From NCBI GenBank assembly GCA_017999895.1, contig JAGNKY010000007.1:71285-135284 (forward strand): 64,000 bases of DNA, written 5' to 3'. Every line of letters begins with the position of its first letter. Within the stretch, counting starts at the first letter, position 1. The position numbers were made by a program, and so were the translations under genes. Shown here piece by piece: positions 10,091-17,784 of the stretch. Under the pieces are notes generated by a model. That model was given only the letters and a program-made list of their open reading frames with translations. It had not been told where the DNA came from and searched no databases. The DNA is from Bacteroidales bacterium (GTDB lineage: Bacteria; Bacteroidota; Bacteroidia; Bacteroidales; VadinHA17).

Positions 10091-10135
10091 ACAACAGGCA
10101 AAGGGCTGAAATAATTTCAGCCCTTTGCCTGTTGT
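10091..10135. repeat. 45-nt perfect palindrome (22-nt arms) abutting the tRNA-Ser 3' end; likely bidirectional terminator
   Basis: acaacaggcaaagggctgaaat-a-atttcagccctttgcctgttgt. The arms are exact reverse complements. It sits 2 nt from the tRNA discriminator base. Confidence 0.8.
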
Positions 10136-10137
10136 TG

Positions 10138-10224
10138 CGGAGAGAGGGGGATTCGAACCCCCGGTATAGTTTCCTATACGGCAGTTTAGCAAACTGCTGG
10201 TTTAAGCCACTCACCCATCTCTCC
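10138..10224 (-). tRNA. tRNA-Ser (anticodon GCU), type II with long variable arm
   Basis: Folded by hand: a 7-bp acceptor stem (GGAGAGA/TCTCTCC), a 3-bp D stem and a 5-bp anticodon stem. The anticodon loop is TT-GCT-AA, the variable arm has 6 bp, the T arm is GGGGG-TTCGAAT-CCCCC, and the discriminator is G. No encoded CCA. Confidence 0.93.
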
Positions 10225-10260
10225 TTAATTCTTTCTTTTATACTCTTGCATCAACCCATC

Positions 10261-10319
10261 CGGCAGTTTATCCGCCACCTGGCGGATGGTTTAAGCCACT
10301 CACCCATCTCTCCTTAATT
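10261..10319 (-). pseudogene. tRNA-Ser remnant (5' acceptor + D arm copy, plus a 10-nt anticodon-stem match), non-functional
   Basis: A 33-nt exact repeat (10287-10319 = 10198-10230) covers tRNA positions 1-27 plus 6 nt of upstream flank. In addition, TAAACTGCCG (minus strand, 10261-10270) equals tRNA positions 37-46. No T arm is present and no 7-nt anticodon loop can be drawn. Confidence 0.8.
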
Positions 10320-10384
10320 ATTCTTATTCGCCATAGGAGCATGGCAAAAATATAAAAACCTGCTTTAAGGACAAAATAATTTTG

Positions 10385-12667
10385 TTACTTAAGCTCTTTC
10401 AACAATCCGGCCAAATATCTAAAATTTTCATGAGTCTCCTCATCCAGATCTTCGGGCCTGATAATTCCCGATTTAATATCGCTCAGCAGACGACTGAGAA
10501 GGAAGTTACGCGGAAGATTCTTATCTGCAATATAAACCGAATTAGGGACAGTAATCCCTTCTCTTGTCTTTAGCACATGGTTTTTAAAATCCAGAGTAGA
10601 TAAAAGGTCTTCTGCATTAAGGAATCTGCGATCAGTTGATATAATGAAATCATTTTGGTCTTCTTCAATTATGAATATGTTCTCTTTTAAGAATTTTTCA
10701 AGCCCTTGCTCATTCTCGTTACCGAAAAGAAGAACTGCAAATTTCAATCCCCATCCAATCATTATGTTGCACATTAAAGGTATTGATGAAGCACCTGTCG
10801 AGGGAATAATACATATTTTTCCTTTAAAACCGGTCACGTTCATTACACATGAAAGCATATAGAAGGTACCTATATCGTTGACTATAAGGTTTATTTTTCC
10901 TGTTGAAAATCCTTCTGTCATAATAGGGTTCCCCATTATATTTTGAAGAGGTGTAAGTGTATCAGGTGATGCAGAGGAAAGCTTCAACGGGTCGAGTACT
11001 CTAGTGGCACTTTTAAAATTATTAAGGTTATCGCGTTGAACGGCAAGCACCCGATGGAGCTTATTTATATCAATAAGTTGAGGGGAATGGGTTGTATAAA
11101 TTATTTGCATTTTATCTTTTATATCTTCAAATACTTTCAATACATCTTCCTGTGCTCGCGCATGAAGGCTTATTCCGGGCTCATCTACGAGTAGAACCAT
11201 AGGTTTTTTACTACGGATTGCCGAGGCTTTCAGCTCCATATAAAAAGAAAGAAACCATCTTACACCGCGACTTCTCTGTTTCGGATAAAGGCGTTCGCCT
11301 TCGTCCTTAACCCAGAATTCAAGATAAGGTTTCCCTGCTTTATCACCATAGTTCAGACTATAGTGGTCAAGTTCGAATTGGATTTTTATTTTATCATTTC
11401 TGCTTACGCACTGTTGCCAGAAATCCTGAAAGTTTAAAGTAATAGTATTATTGAGATTTTCGATTTTTTGTTTAAGTATTCTGCTCGATGGTTGCTGAAA
11501 AAAAGAATAATCCAGTTGTGCCAGAGTAAGAAAATTTCTGGCTGCCTTGTAACCTTCTACCTGTTCGTTTCCGGTAATGATATCTTCAAGGTCTATTCTG
11601 TTTGGCAGGAGGCTTCCGAAATCTTCGAATAGTTCTATAACCGGGGAAAATTCGAAATATTTTCTACCAAGCATCTCTGTAGTATACTGCGACTTATATC
11701 TTTTAATTGCCTCCTCTGCAAGTTGTTCAGCTTCAAGTTCATTACGTCCTTCCATAAGGTAACCACAAAAGGCAATGTGTGAATCGAACTCGGACATTAC
11801 CTTTTCATTTTCGAGCCGGGTATTACGATATTCATTCAATACTTTTGTCCACTCAGGATCCTTATTTTCTCCCATTGGTACCAGGAGGAGCGTCATTTTC
11901 TGGTGATATTCCTCTAGCTTTGAAGAAAGGGAGAGAAGTTTCCCTTCGAGCTCTTCGAGTCTCTTATTAAGAGAGTTATATTTTTGTCCGGCATTTATGA
12001 TTTTTGCCCTTAGGCTCAACTCTTGTTTCAGTCTTTCTTCCTCATTTACAATTTCATCGTAAATTCGTTTTTGCTCCGGAGCTAATTTAGCTGTAATATC
12101 CTGTTCCGATTTCCTTAAAAATCTGTTTATTATACTCTTTCCTGATTCAAGATTAACATTTCTCGCCAGTTTAGTTTTCTTCGATAAAATCTCAGAAAGT
12201 TTATTTTCTAAATTCCTTATAAAATCAAGTTCCGATTCAAATTTCAATTTTACTTCATCGAGGTAAAGTCTCCATGCATTTTCAAGCGAGTCGAGATATT
12301 CGCTTATTTCTCCACTGACTTTTATAACAGATGTAAAATCTTCAAGCCAGGTTCTGGTTAACTCAACATGATTAAGATTGGCAAGAAGTTCTTTTAGTTC
12401 AGTTCCGGGATTTTCTGTAACCTCAAGTAGCCAACCTGGTTTAACGGAAAAACGGCAGGATATTTCCGGAAGAGAAAGGTCGCTCCTTAGAACATCTTCT
12501 GAAATGACTCCTGTATAGAATGCTCTCAAACCTTCAAGAATTGAAGTCTTGCCCGATTCATTCTGACCAATCAAACAGGTTATGTTATCAGGCGAAAGGT
12601 TCTGCCATTCTGTATCAACAATCGAACGGAAATTCCTTATTCTGAAAGCATACAGTTTCATTTCCAT
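10385..12667 (-). CDS. coiled-coil ABC-type (AAA_15/OLD-like, Rad50/SMC-like head) ATPase with C-terminal Toprim-like region
   Basis: Likely start MEMKLYAF at 12667; the track start at 12742 would overlap the upstream gene. The ATPase motifs are:
- Walker A: GQNESGKTS
- signature-like: QRSRGVRWFLSF
- Walker B: VLLVDEPGISLH
- H-loop: YTTHSP
A roughly 250-aa K/E/L-rich heptad-like insert lies between Walker A and the signature. The C-terminal beta-alpha-beta pattern is NLIVND...ICIIPSTGASS...FAVLLFGNENE. Confidence 0.75.
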   Translation of the reverse strand: MEMKLYAFRIRNFRSIVDTEWQNLSPDNITCLIGQNESGKTSILEGLRAFYTGVISEDVLRSDLSLPEISCRFSVKPGWLLEVTENPGTELKELLANLNHVELTRTWLEDFTSVIKVSGEISEYLDSLENAWRLYLDEVKLKFESELDFIRNLENKLSEILSKKTKLARNVNLESGKSIINRFLRKSEQDITAKLAPEQKRIYDEIVNEEERLKQELSLRAKIINAGQKYNSLNKRLEELEGKLLSLSSKLEEYHQKMTLLLVPMGENKDPEWTKVLNEYRNTRLENEKVMSEFDSHIAFCGYLMEGRNELEAEQLAEEAIKRYKSQYTTEMLGRKYFEFSPVIELFEDFGSLLPNRIDLEDIITGNEQVEGYKAARNFLTLAQLDYSFFQQPSSRILKQKIENLNNTITLNFQDFWQQCVSRNDKIKIQFELDHYSLNYGDKAGKPYLEFWVKDEGERLYPKQRSRGVRWFLSFYMELKASAIRSKKPMVLLVDEPGISLHARAQEDVLKVFEDIKDKMQIIYTTHSPQLIDINKLHRVLAVQRDNLNNFKSATRVLDPLKLSSASPDTLTPLQNIMGNPIMTEGFSTGKINLIVNDIGTFYMLSCVMNVTGFKGKICIIPSTGASSIPLMCNIMIGWGLKFAVLLFGNENEQGLEKFLKENIFIIEEDQNDFIISTDRRFLNAEDLLSTLDFKNHVLKTREGITVPNSVYIADKNLPRNFLLSRLLSDIKSGIIRPEDLDEETHENFRYLAGLLKELK

Positions 12668-12671
12668 CAAT

Positions 12672-13490
12672 TTACAGTTTAAATCCAAAGATAAGGACGT
12701 CGTCAACCTGTTGCATATTCCCTTTCCATTCAAAAAATGCATTCTCCAGAAATTCTTGTTGCTTATTCATATCCTCGTAAGAGGATGCCACTTCGAGAAT
12801 TTTTCTAAAGCTTTTGTTCTTGAGCTTCTTATTTGTCTTTTCTCCAAACTGGTCAGGGAACCCATCTGAAAAGAGATAGAATTTGTCATCAGGCTGTGTT
12901 TCAATAACTATATTTTTAAATGCGCGCTCAGTAACAGGTGCAAGGCCAATAGTCATGAAATCGGGCTTATATTCTGTCAGCTCTCCGTTTCTTATCATTA
13001 CCAGAGGGCGGTTTGCACCTGCAAACTGCATTGTTCCGGTTTTTTTATCAATAATGCATAAACCTATGTCAATGCTATCCTTTGTTTCTGCTTTTTCGCC
13101 GGTTTGATGAAGAGCTTTCATCACTCTTTCTCTCATCATATTGAGTATCCTGTTGGCTTTGAAACAGTCGCCAGATTGCAGAATTTCATTTAGAAAATTT
13201 ATTCCAAGTATGCTCATTAAAGCACCTGGCACACCATGCCCTGTGCAGTCACCTGCAGCAATACATGTATAATCTTTGTTAGAGAATGCATAATAAAAAT
13301 CTCCGCTTACAATATCCCGTGGCAAAAAGACTATGAAATAATCCTTTAGAAGCCCTGAAAGAAAATTATTATCGGGCATCAGTGCATGCTGTATCATTCC
13401 TGCATATCTTAAGCTTGCAAGATGTTCATCCAGAGCCTGTGAACTCGATTGCAAAAACAAATCGTTCCGTTGAGACTTACCTTCCAACAT
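12672..13490 (-). CDS. stand-alone PP2C/PPM (SpoIIE/RsbU-type) serine phosphatase domain protein
   Basis: 272 aa. Motifs IVSGDFYY, AAGDCTGHGVPGALMS, FAGANRPL, YLFSDGFPDQFG and QVDDVLIFGFK. Only about 40 aa precede the catalytic domain, so there is no sensor domain. Its stop (12672-12674) lies 4 nt before the ATPase ATG. Confidence 0.85.
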   Translation of the reverse strand: MLEGKSQRNDLFLQSSSQALDEHLASLRYAGMIQHALMPDNNFLSGLLKDYFIVFLPRDIVSGDFYYAFSNKDYTCIAAGDCTGHGVPGALMSILGINFLNEILQSGDCFKANRILNMMRERVMKALHQTGEKAETKDSIDIGLCIIDKKTGTMQFAGANRPLVMIRNGELTEYKPDFMTIGLAPVTERAFKNIVIETQPDDKFYLFSDGFPDQFGEKTNKKLKNKSFRKILEVASSYEDMNKQQEFLENAFFEWKGNMQQVDDVLIFGFKL

Positions 13491-13631
13491 TTATTATTAA
13501 ATGTTCATAAAATTATAAAAATACATCAATTCAAGATGTATTCAACATCTTTTTTGATCCAAACAGGCAATTTTATATATTATTTAAGCAATTCTTGGCT
13601 TTTTGCTCCCCTCCAATGTTTAATATTTATA

Positions 13632-15038
13632 TTATCTTCTTACAAGAAGAGTTACATTTTCAACATGATGTGTCTGCGGAAACATATCCACAGGCTGCAT
13701 TGTTTCAACCCGGTATTTTTCCGATATAATGCTAATATCCCTTGCCTGAGTGGAAGGGTTACATGAAACGTAAACAATTCTCGACGGAGCGGCTGAAAGA
13801 AGCGACCTGATAACTTCACCGTGCATACCTGACCTGGGAGGATCGGTAATAACAACATCGGGATACCCATATTCATCAAAAATACCACCTGAAAGCATCT
13901 TCTTGATATCGCCTTCAATAAACTTTACATTAGAACAGCCATTGAGTGAGGCATTGGCTTTTGCATCTTCGACTGCCTCAGCAACACATTCAACTCCTGT
14001 CACGCTTGCCGCTTCAGCCGAAATATAACATGCGATGGAGCCTGTGCCTGTATAAAGGTCATAAACAACTTCTTTTCCGGTAAGGCATGCCATTCTTTTA
14101 ATTGTTTCGTACAGTCTCGCTGCCTGAAGCGTATTCACCTGGTAAAAAGATTTTGGTCCAACCCTGTATTTCAAACCATTCATATTTTCGAATAAATAGT
14201 CCTCTCCGTAATAATGAATAGCTTCCATGTCACTTATACTATCGTTTCTCTTTGTATTTATTACATAAAAAAGAGATGTTACTTGCGGAAACTCTTTCTT
14301 TATAAAATCGAGTAACCCCTCAATATGCTTTTTATCGTACTGGCTAAAAACCATTATAACCATTATTTGTCCATCCGATGAATTTCTTATGATAAGGTTT
14401 CTCAGAAATCCGGTGTGGCTTTTCACATTGTAAAACTGAAGATTCAATGTCAGGGCATAATCTCTTATTGCATTTCTTATTCTGTTTGCTGGTTCAGGCT
14501 GCAGATAGCACTCCTTAATGTCTATCACACGGTCGAAAAATCCACGCTTATGAAAACCGAGGGCTTTCTCCCTGTCCGGTTCTTCACCTGAAAGTATTTC
14601 ATTTTCAGTAAGCCAGCGACGTGAAGAAAAAGTATATTCGAGTTTATTCCTATAGTAGTATTTTTGCGGGGATTCAAGAACCGGCATAACATTCTCGGGA
14701 TATACTTTACCGATCCTTTCAATATTGTCTTCCACGATTTTCTTTTTATACACGAGTTGTTTTTCATAACATATATGCTGCCATGTGCATCCTCCGCATT
14801 CACCGAAATGAGCGCAAATCGGGTTTACCCTTTCAGGCGAATATTCATGAAATTTTACTGCCACTCCCTCGAGGTAATTCTTTTTTCTTGCTGTGATTCG
14901 TATATCGACAACATCACCCGGAACCGACAGCGGAACAAACAGCACCATGCCGTCAATCCTCGCAACAGCGCGGCCTTCGGAATCCATCCCGCTTATCTTT
15001 ACTTTTTCGATTAATGAAGGTTTCTCTGAACTGCTCAT
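13632..15038 (-). CDS. rlmD: 23S rRNA (uracil-C5)-methyltransferase RlmD/RumA family
   Basis: 468 aa. N-terminal TRAM-like domain, 4-Cys cluster CAHFGECGGCTWQH, and a SAM-MTase core (DLYTGTGS, DPPRSG, VSCNP). Confidence 0.85.
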   Translation of the reverse strand: MSSSEKPSLIEKVKISGMDSEGRAVARIDGMVLFVPLSVPGDVVDIRITARKKNYLEGVAVKFHEYSPERVNPICAHFGECGGCTWQHICYEKQLVYKKKIVEDNIERIGKVYPENVMPVLESPQKYYYRNKLEYTFSSRRWLTENEILSGEEPDREKALGFHKRGFFDRVIDIKECYLQPEPANRIRNAIRDYALTLNLQFYNVKSHTGFLRNLIIRNSSDGQIMVIMVFSQYDKKHIEGLLDFIKKEFPQVTSLFYVINTKRNDSISDMEAIHYYGEDYLFENMNGLKYRVGPKSFYQVNTLQAARLYETIKRMACLTGKEVVYDLYTGTGSIACYISAEAASVTGVECVAEAVEDAKANASLNGCSNVKFIEGDIKKMLSGGIFDEYGYPDVVITDPPRSGMHGEVIRSLLSAAPSRIVYVSCNPSTQARDISIISEKYRVETMQPVDMFPQTHHVENVTLLVRR

Positions 15039-15186
15039 TTTAAAAATTACATTAGGCCGAAAAAAGATTATTTCTCAATAACTTCCAGATAAATATTTTA
15101 AATAAATTTTTAACATGTACTCACCCTCACTATAAATCTGGAAAGCTCTCCTTCACGAAGCTCAGGTTTCCACCAGCTGACGGATT

Positions 15187-15250
15187 CAAGGGGGAGATCA
15201 TGGTTTTAAAAAATGAAACCAATTTGATTTTACATTACTTTTTTAATTTC
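15187..15250 (+). repeat. copy A of a ~66-nt intergenic repeat (caaggggg..tcatggttt..aaaaaat..tttgatttta..)
   Basis: Aligns by hand with 19589-19654 at about 52 of 66 positions. The alignment includes identical blocks caaggggg, tcatggttt, aaaaaat and tttgatttta in the same order and orientation. Confidence 0.65.
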
Positions 15251-15390
15251 TCAAATTTTTTCGAACAATACTAATTATTTCTCAGACCTTCCGGGAAAAT
15301 AAGCCCCTCAAAATTTCGTTTAAAAGTAATCAAAGTTACACAAAGCATCGTAATGTTTGCCGGCAACGAAAAGTTTATTATTTTTAAGTC

Positions 15391-16731
15391 ATGAAAAAGA
15401 ACCGGACATTCAGGTATTTTTTTGTATCAATAACATTTATAGCGGTTCTGTTTCTATTCTTTTCCTGTGCGTCAACGAAGACAACTTTCGATACAAAGGA
15501 TCTTTCATATCTTTATAATCCGCTAAAAAATACAATAAATCCTGCATACGGAATATTTAACGAAACTGACGACAGAACGGTCTTGTCTGTTAAGCTTTTC
15601 GCAAAGGAACTATTTTTTACCGAAGCTAATCCGGCTGGAGTGCCAATGGCACAGATGTTCCTTGCAGTCAAACTTTATAATATGTCTTCGGGAAGGACTA
15701 TTGCCGACACTGCCTATTACGACCTTAACATAGTAAAAGAGCAGCAAAAAGAGGAATATTTGTATCACATTCCTCTAAAAGTGAGAAAGGGGACGGAGTA
15801 CATGGCCGAAGTAAAAATAATGGATAAGATAAGGGATTTAATGATTCAGTCTTTTGTACCGTTTAATACTCTTTCAGAACTTAACAGATATAACTTTTAT
15901 GCCAGAGAACATTTCAGGAAAAGTGAACTTTTAAAGCCGTATGTAAGGAAAGATGAATTCTTTAATGTTATTTACGGACGAAAAAAAATCGACTCACTCT
16001 TCATTGCGGTATATAAGCCTTCCGATGAAATACCGTATCCACCGTCGATGATATTGCCTGAAAGAAGTATAGTAACAAAGCCCGATACAGTAGTGGCAAT
16101 TCCCTACTCTGATACTTTGCCGCTTATGCTTCCTCAAAAAGGTATTTTCCTGTTCAAAACGGCAAGAGATATTAATGAAGGCTATACTATATTTAATTTC
16201 GGTCAGGATTTTCCAACAATGAATAAACCTGAGGAGATGATAAAGCCGCTTGTATACCTTTTGCCTCAGGAAAAAGCAGATAGTATGGCCGCCTCGCCTA
16301 AACCTAAAGTTGCCCTCGACGAATTCTGGCTAAGCTGTGGAGGAGGCAATATAGAAAAAGCCAGAGAATTGATAAGGATTTTTTATACAAGAACAATATT
16401 TGCAAACTATTACTTCACTTCATGGAAAGAGGGATGGCGAACTGACCGCGGCATGATATATATCATTTATGGTCCGCCCGACAAGCTTTACAAATCGTAC
16501 GAAAATGAAACATGGGGTTACAGGAAACCCGTTGTCCGTTCAGGATGGGGAACCAGATATTCGGTTAAAGAAGATTATCTTTTCTTTACATTCAAAAAAA
16601 GAAACAATGTATTTTCCGATAACGATTTCTATCTGAGCCGTAGTGAATCCGTTGTCACATTCTGGGATAAAGCTGTACAGTCGTGGAGAAAAGGTATAGT
16701 TTTCAGGCTCGACAACCCTGATGAAATTTAA
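15391..16731 (+). CDS. GWxTD domain-containing protein
   Basis: 446 aa with a signal/lipoprotein N-terminus (FFSCAS). C-terminal WKEGWRTDRGMIYIIYGPPD is the GWxTD motif. Confidence 0.8.
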   Translation: MKKNRTFRYFFVSITFIAVLFLFFSCASTKTTFDTKDLSYLYNPLKNTINPAYGIFNETDDRTVLSVKLFAKELFFTEANPAGVPMAQMFLAVKLYNMSSGRTIADTAYYDLNIVKEQQKEEYLYHIPLKVRKGTEYMAEVKIMDKIRDLMIQSFVPFNTLSELNRYNFYAREHFRKSELLKPYVRKDEFFNVIYGRKKIDSLFIAVYKPSDEIPYPPSMILPERSIVTKPDTVVAIPYSDTLPLMLPQKGIFLFKTARDINEGYTIFNFGQDFPTMNKPEEMIKPLVYLLPQEKADSMAASPKPKVALDEFWLSCGGGNIEKARELIRIFYTRTIFANYYFTSWKEGWRTDRGMIYIIYGPPDKLYKSYENETWGYRKPVVRSGWGTRYSVKEDYLFFTFKKRNNVFSDNDFYLSRSESVVTFWDKAVQSWRKGIVFRLDNPDEI

Positions 16732-16734
16732 TAA

Positions 16735-17475
16735 ATGAACAAAACTTCATCCTTTATTTATGGCCTTCGTCCTGTAATTGAAGCAATACGGGAAGGAAGA
16801 CATATTGATTGTATTCTTATAAGGCGCGGACTTCAGGGTCAGGTTTATCATGAGCTAATGAAGGAAATAAGAGCTAATGGGATACCTTACCAATTTGTCC
16901 CTGGTGAAAGAATCGACTTTTATACAAAGAAAAACCATCAGGGTGTTCTCGCATTGATGTCTCTTATTGAATACCAGGAAATCAATAATATAGTACCTGC
17001 AATTTATGAAAATGGTGAGGAACCTCTAATTATTTGCCTCGATGGTGTTTCGGATGTAAGGAATTTTGGAGCAATTGTCAGGTCAGCAGCCTGTATGGGT
17101 GCTCATGCAATAATGATTCCTGAAAAGGGTTCTGCAGGTATAACTGCCGACTCAATAAAGACATCGGCAGGGGCACTCACCAATTTCCCGGTCTGTAGAG
17201 TTAAGAGTATTATCAGGGGGGTTACTTACCTGAAAGAATCAGGTTTAAAAATAGTTTGCGCAGAAGAAAAAAGCGGGATGATTGTTTACAAATCGGATCT
17301 TACAGGCCCGGTTGCAATAATAATGGGCTCTGAAGAACGTGGTATAAGAAAGGAGCTACTTACATTGGCCGACCTGAAAGTAAAAATTCCTATTACCGGT
17401 ACAATAGGGTCATTAAATGTTTCAGTGGCCGCAGGAATACTACTTTATGAAATCTCAAGGCAGAGATCGAAGTGA
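16735..17475 (+). CDS. rlmB: SpoU/TrmH-family 23S rRNA (guanosine-2'-O)-methyltransferase
   Basis: 246 aa. An N-terminal substrate-binding domain (IYGLRPVIEAI) is followed by SpoU MTase motifs (NFGAIVRSA, IMGSEERGI, GSLNVSVAAGI). Confidence 0.8.
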   Translation: MNKTSSFIYGLRPVIEAIREGRHIDCILIRRGLQGQVYHELMKEIRANGIPYQFVPGERIDFYTKKNHQGVLALMSLIEYQEINNIVPAIYENGEEPLIICLDGVSDVRNFGAIVRSAACMGAHAIMIPEKGSAGITADSIKTSAGALTNFPVCRVKSIIRGVTYLKESGLKIVCAEEKSGMIVYKSDLTGPVAIIMGSEERGIRKELLTLADLKVKIPITGTIGSLNVSVAAGILLYEISRQRSK

Positions 17476-17487
17476 ACCTTTATTTGA

Positions 17488-17784
17488 CTAAACTTTCTCT
17501 CTTTTCACTTCAGCCGTTATACCCCTCGAACTCAGGCCTATCTTCATCTGTTCCATTGTTGCTTTTGGGCCGCTTTTAATCTGACAACTCCCTTTGTTAT
17601 GAGCAATAACGGCACACTGTCTCGCTTGCATATCGTCATGGCCACACACTTCAATAAGCGACTTGATGATATGCTCAAATGTGTTCACATCATCATTGTA
17701 CAATACAAGTACAAATTTTTCGTCGGCCGTGCTCTCCGACTTTTTTCTACGTGGGTCTCCTTCTTCCATATTAATATTCCTCAA
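17488..17784 (-). CDS. clpS: ATP-dependent Clp protease adaptor ClpS
   Basis: 98 aa. LVLYNDDVNTFEHIIKSLIEVCGH...A...AHNKG is the conserved ClpS core. Confidence 0.85.
   Translation of the reverse strand: MRNINMEEGDPRRKKSESTADEKFVLVLYNDDVNTFEHIIKSLIEVCGHDDMQARQCAVIAHNKGSCQIKSGPKATMEQMKIGLSSRGITAEVKREKV

Noticed and set aside
10132-10317. 61-aa + strand ORF spanning the tRNA-Ser region.
   Set aside because: It is simply the antisense translation of the tRNA and its duplicated fragment. It is not a gene.
10255-10319. A possible second functional tRNA upstream of tRNA-Ser.
   Set aside because: The 5' acceptor and D arm are perfect copies. However, the following hairpin cannot give a 7-nt anticodon loop (the 18-nt palindrome allows only even-sized loops). 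There is also no GGTTCGAAT-type T arm or 3' acceptor strand. I call it a remnant instead.
13530-13550. Hairpin agatgt-attca-acatct followed by TTTTTT on the + strand, which looks like an intrinsic terminator.
   Set aside because: The T-run is on the + strand, but all neighbouring genes are on the minus strand. On the minus strand no U-run follows the hairpin, so I do not annotate a terminator or promoter here.
13583-13594. tttaagcaattc, a 10/12 match to the tRNA D-arm segment tttaagccactc in the same orientation. It lies on the far side of the PP2C-ATPase pair and could be a decayed distal att site.
   Set aside because: I allowed 2 mismatches and any register within the 33-nt repeat, across a 140-bp AT-rich region. 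My rough estimate is that a chance match is not unlikely (order 0.1). Without an integrase or comparative data this cannot support island boundaries.
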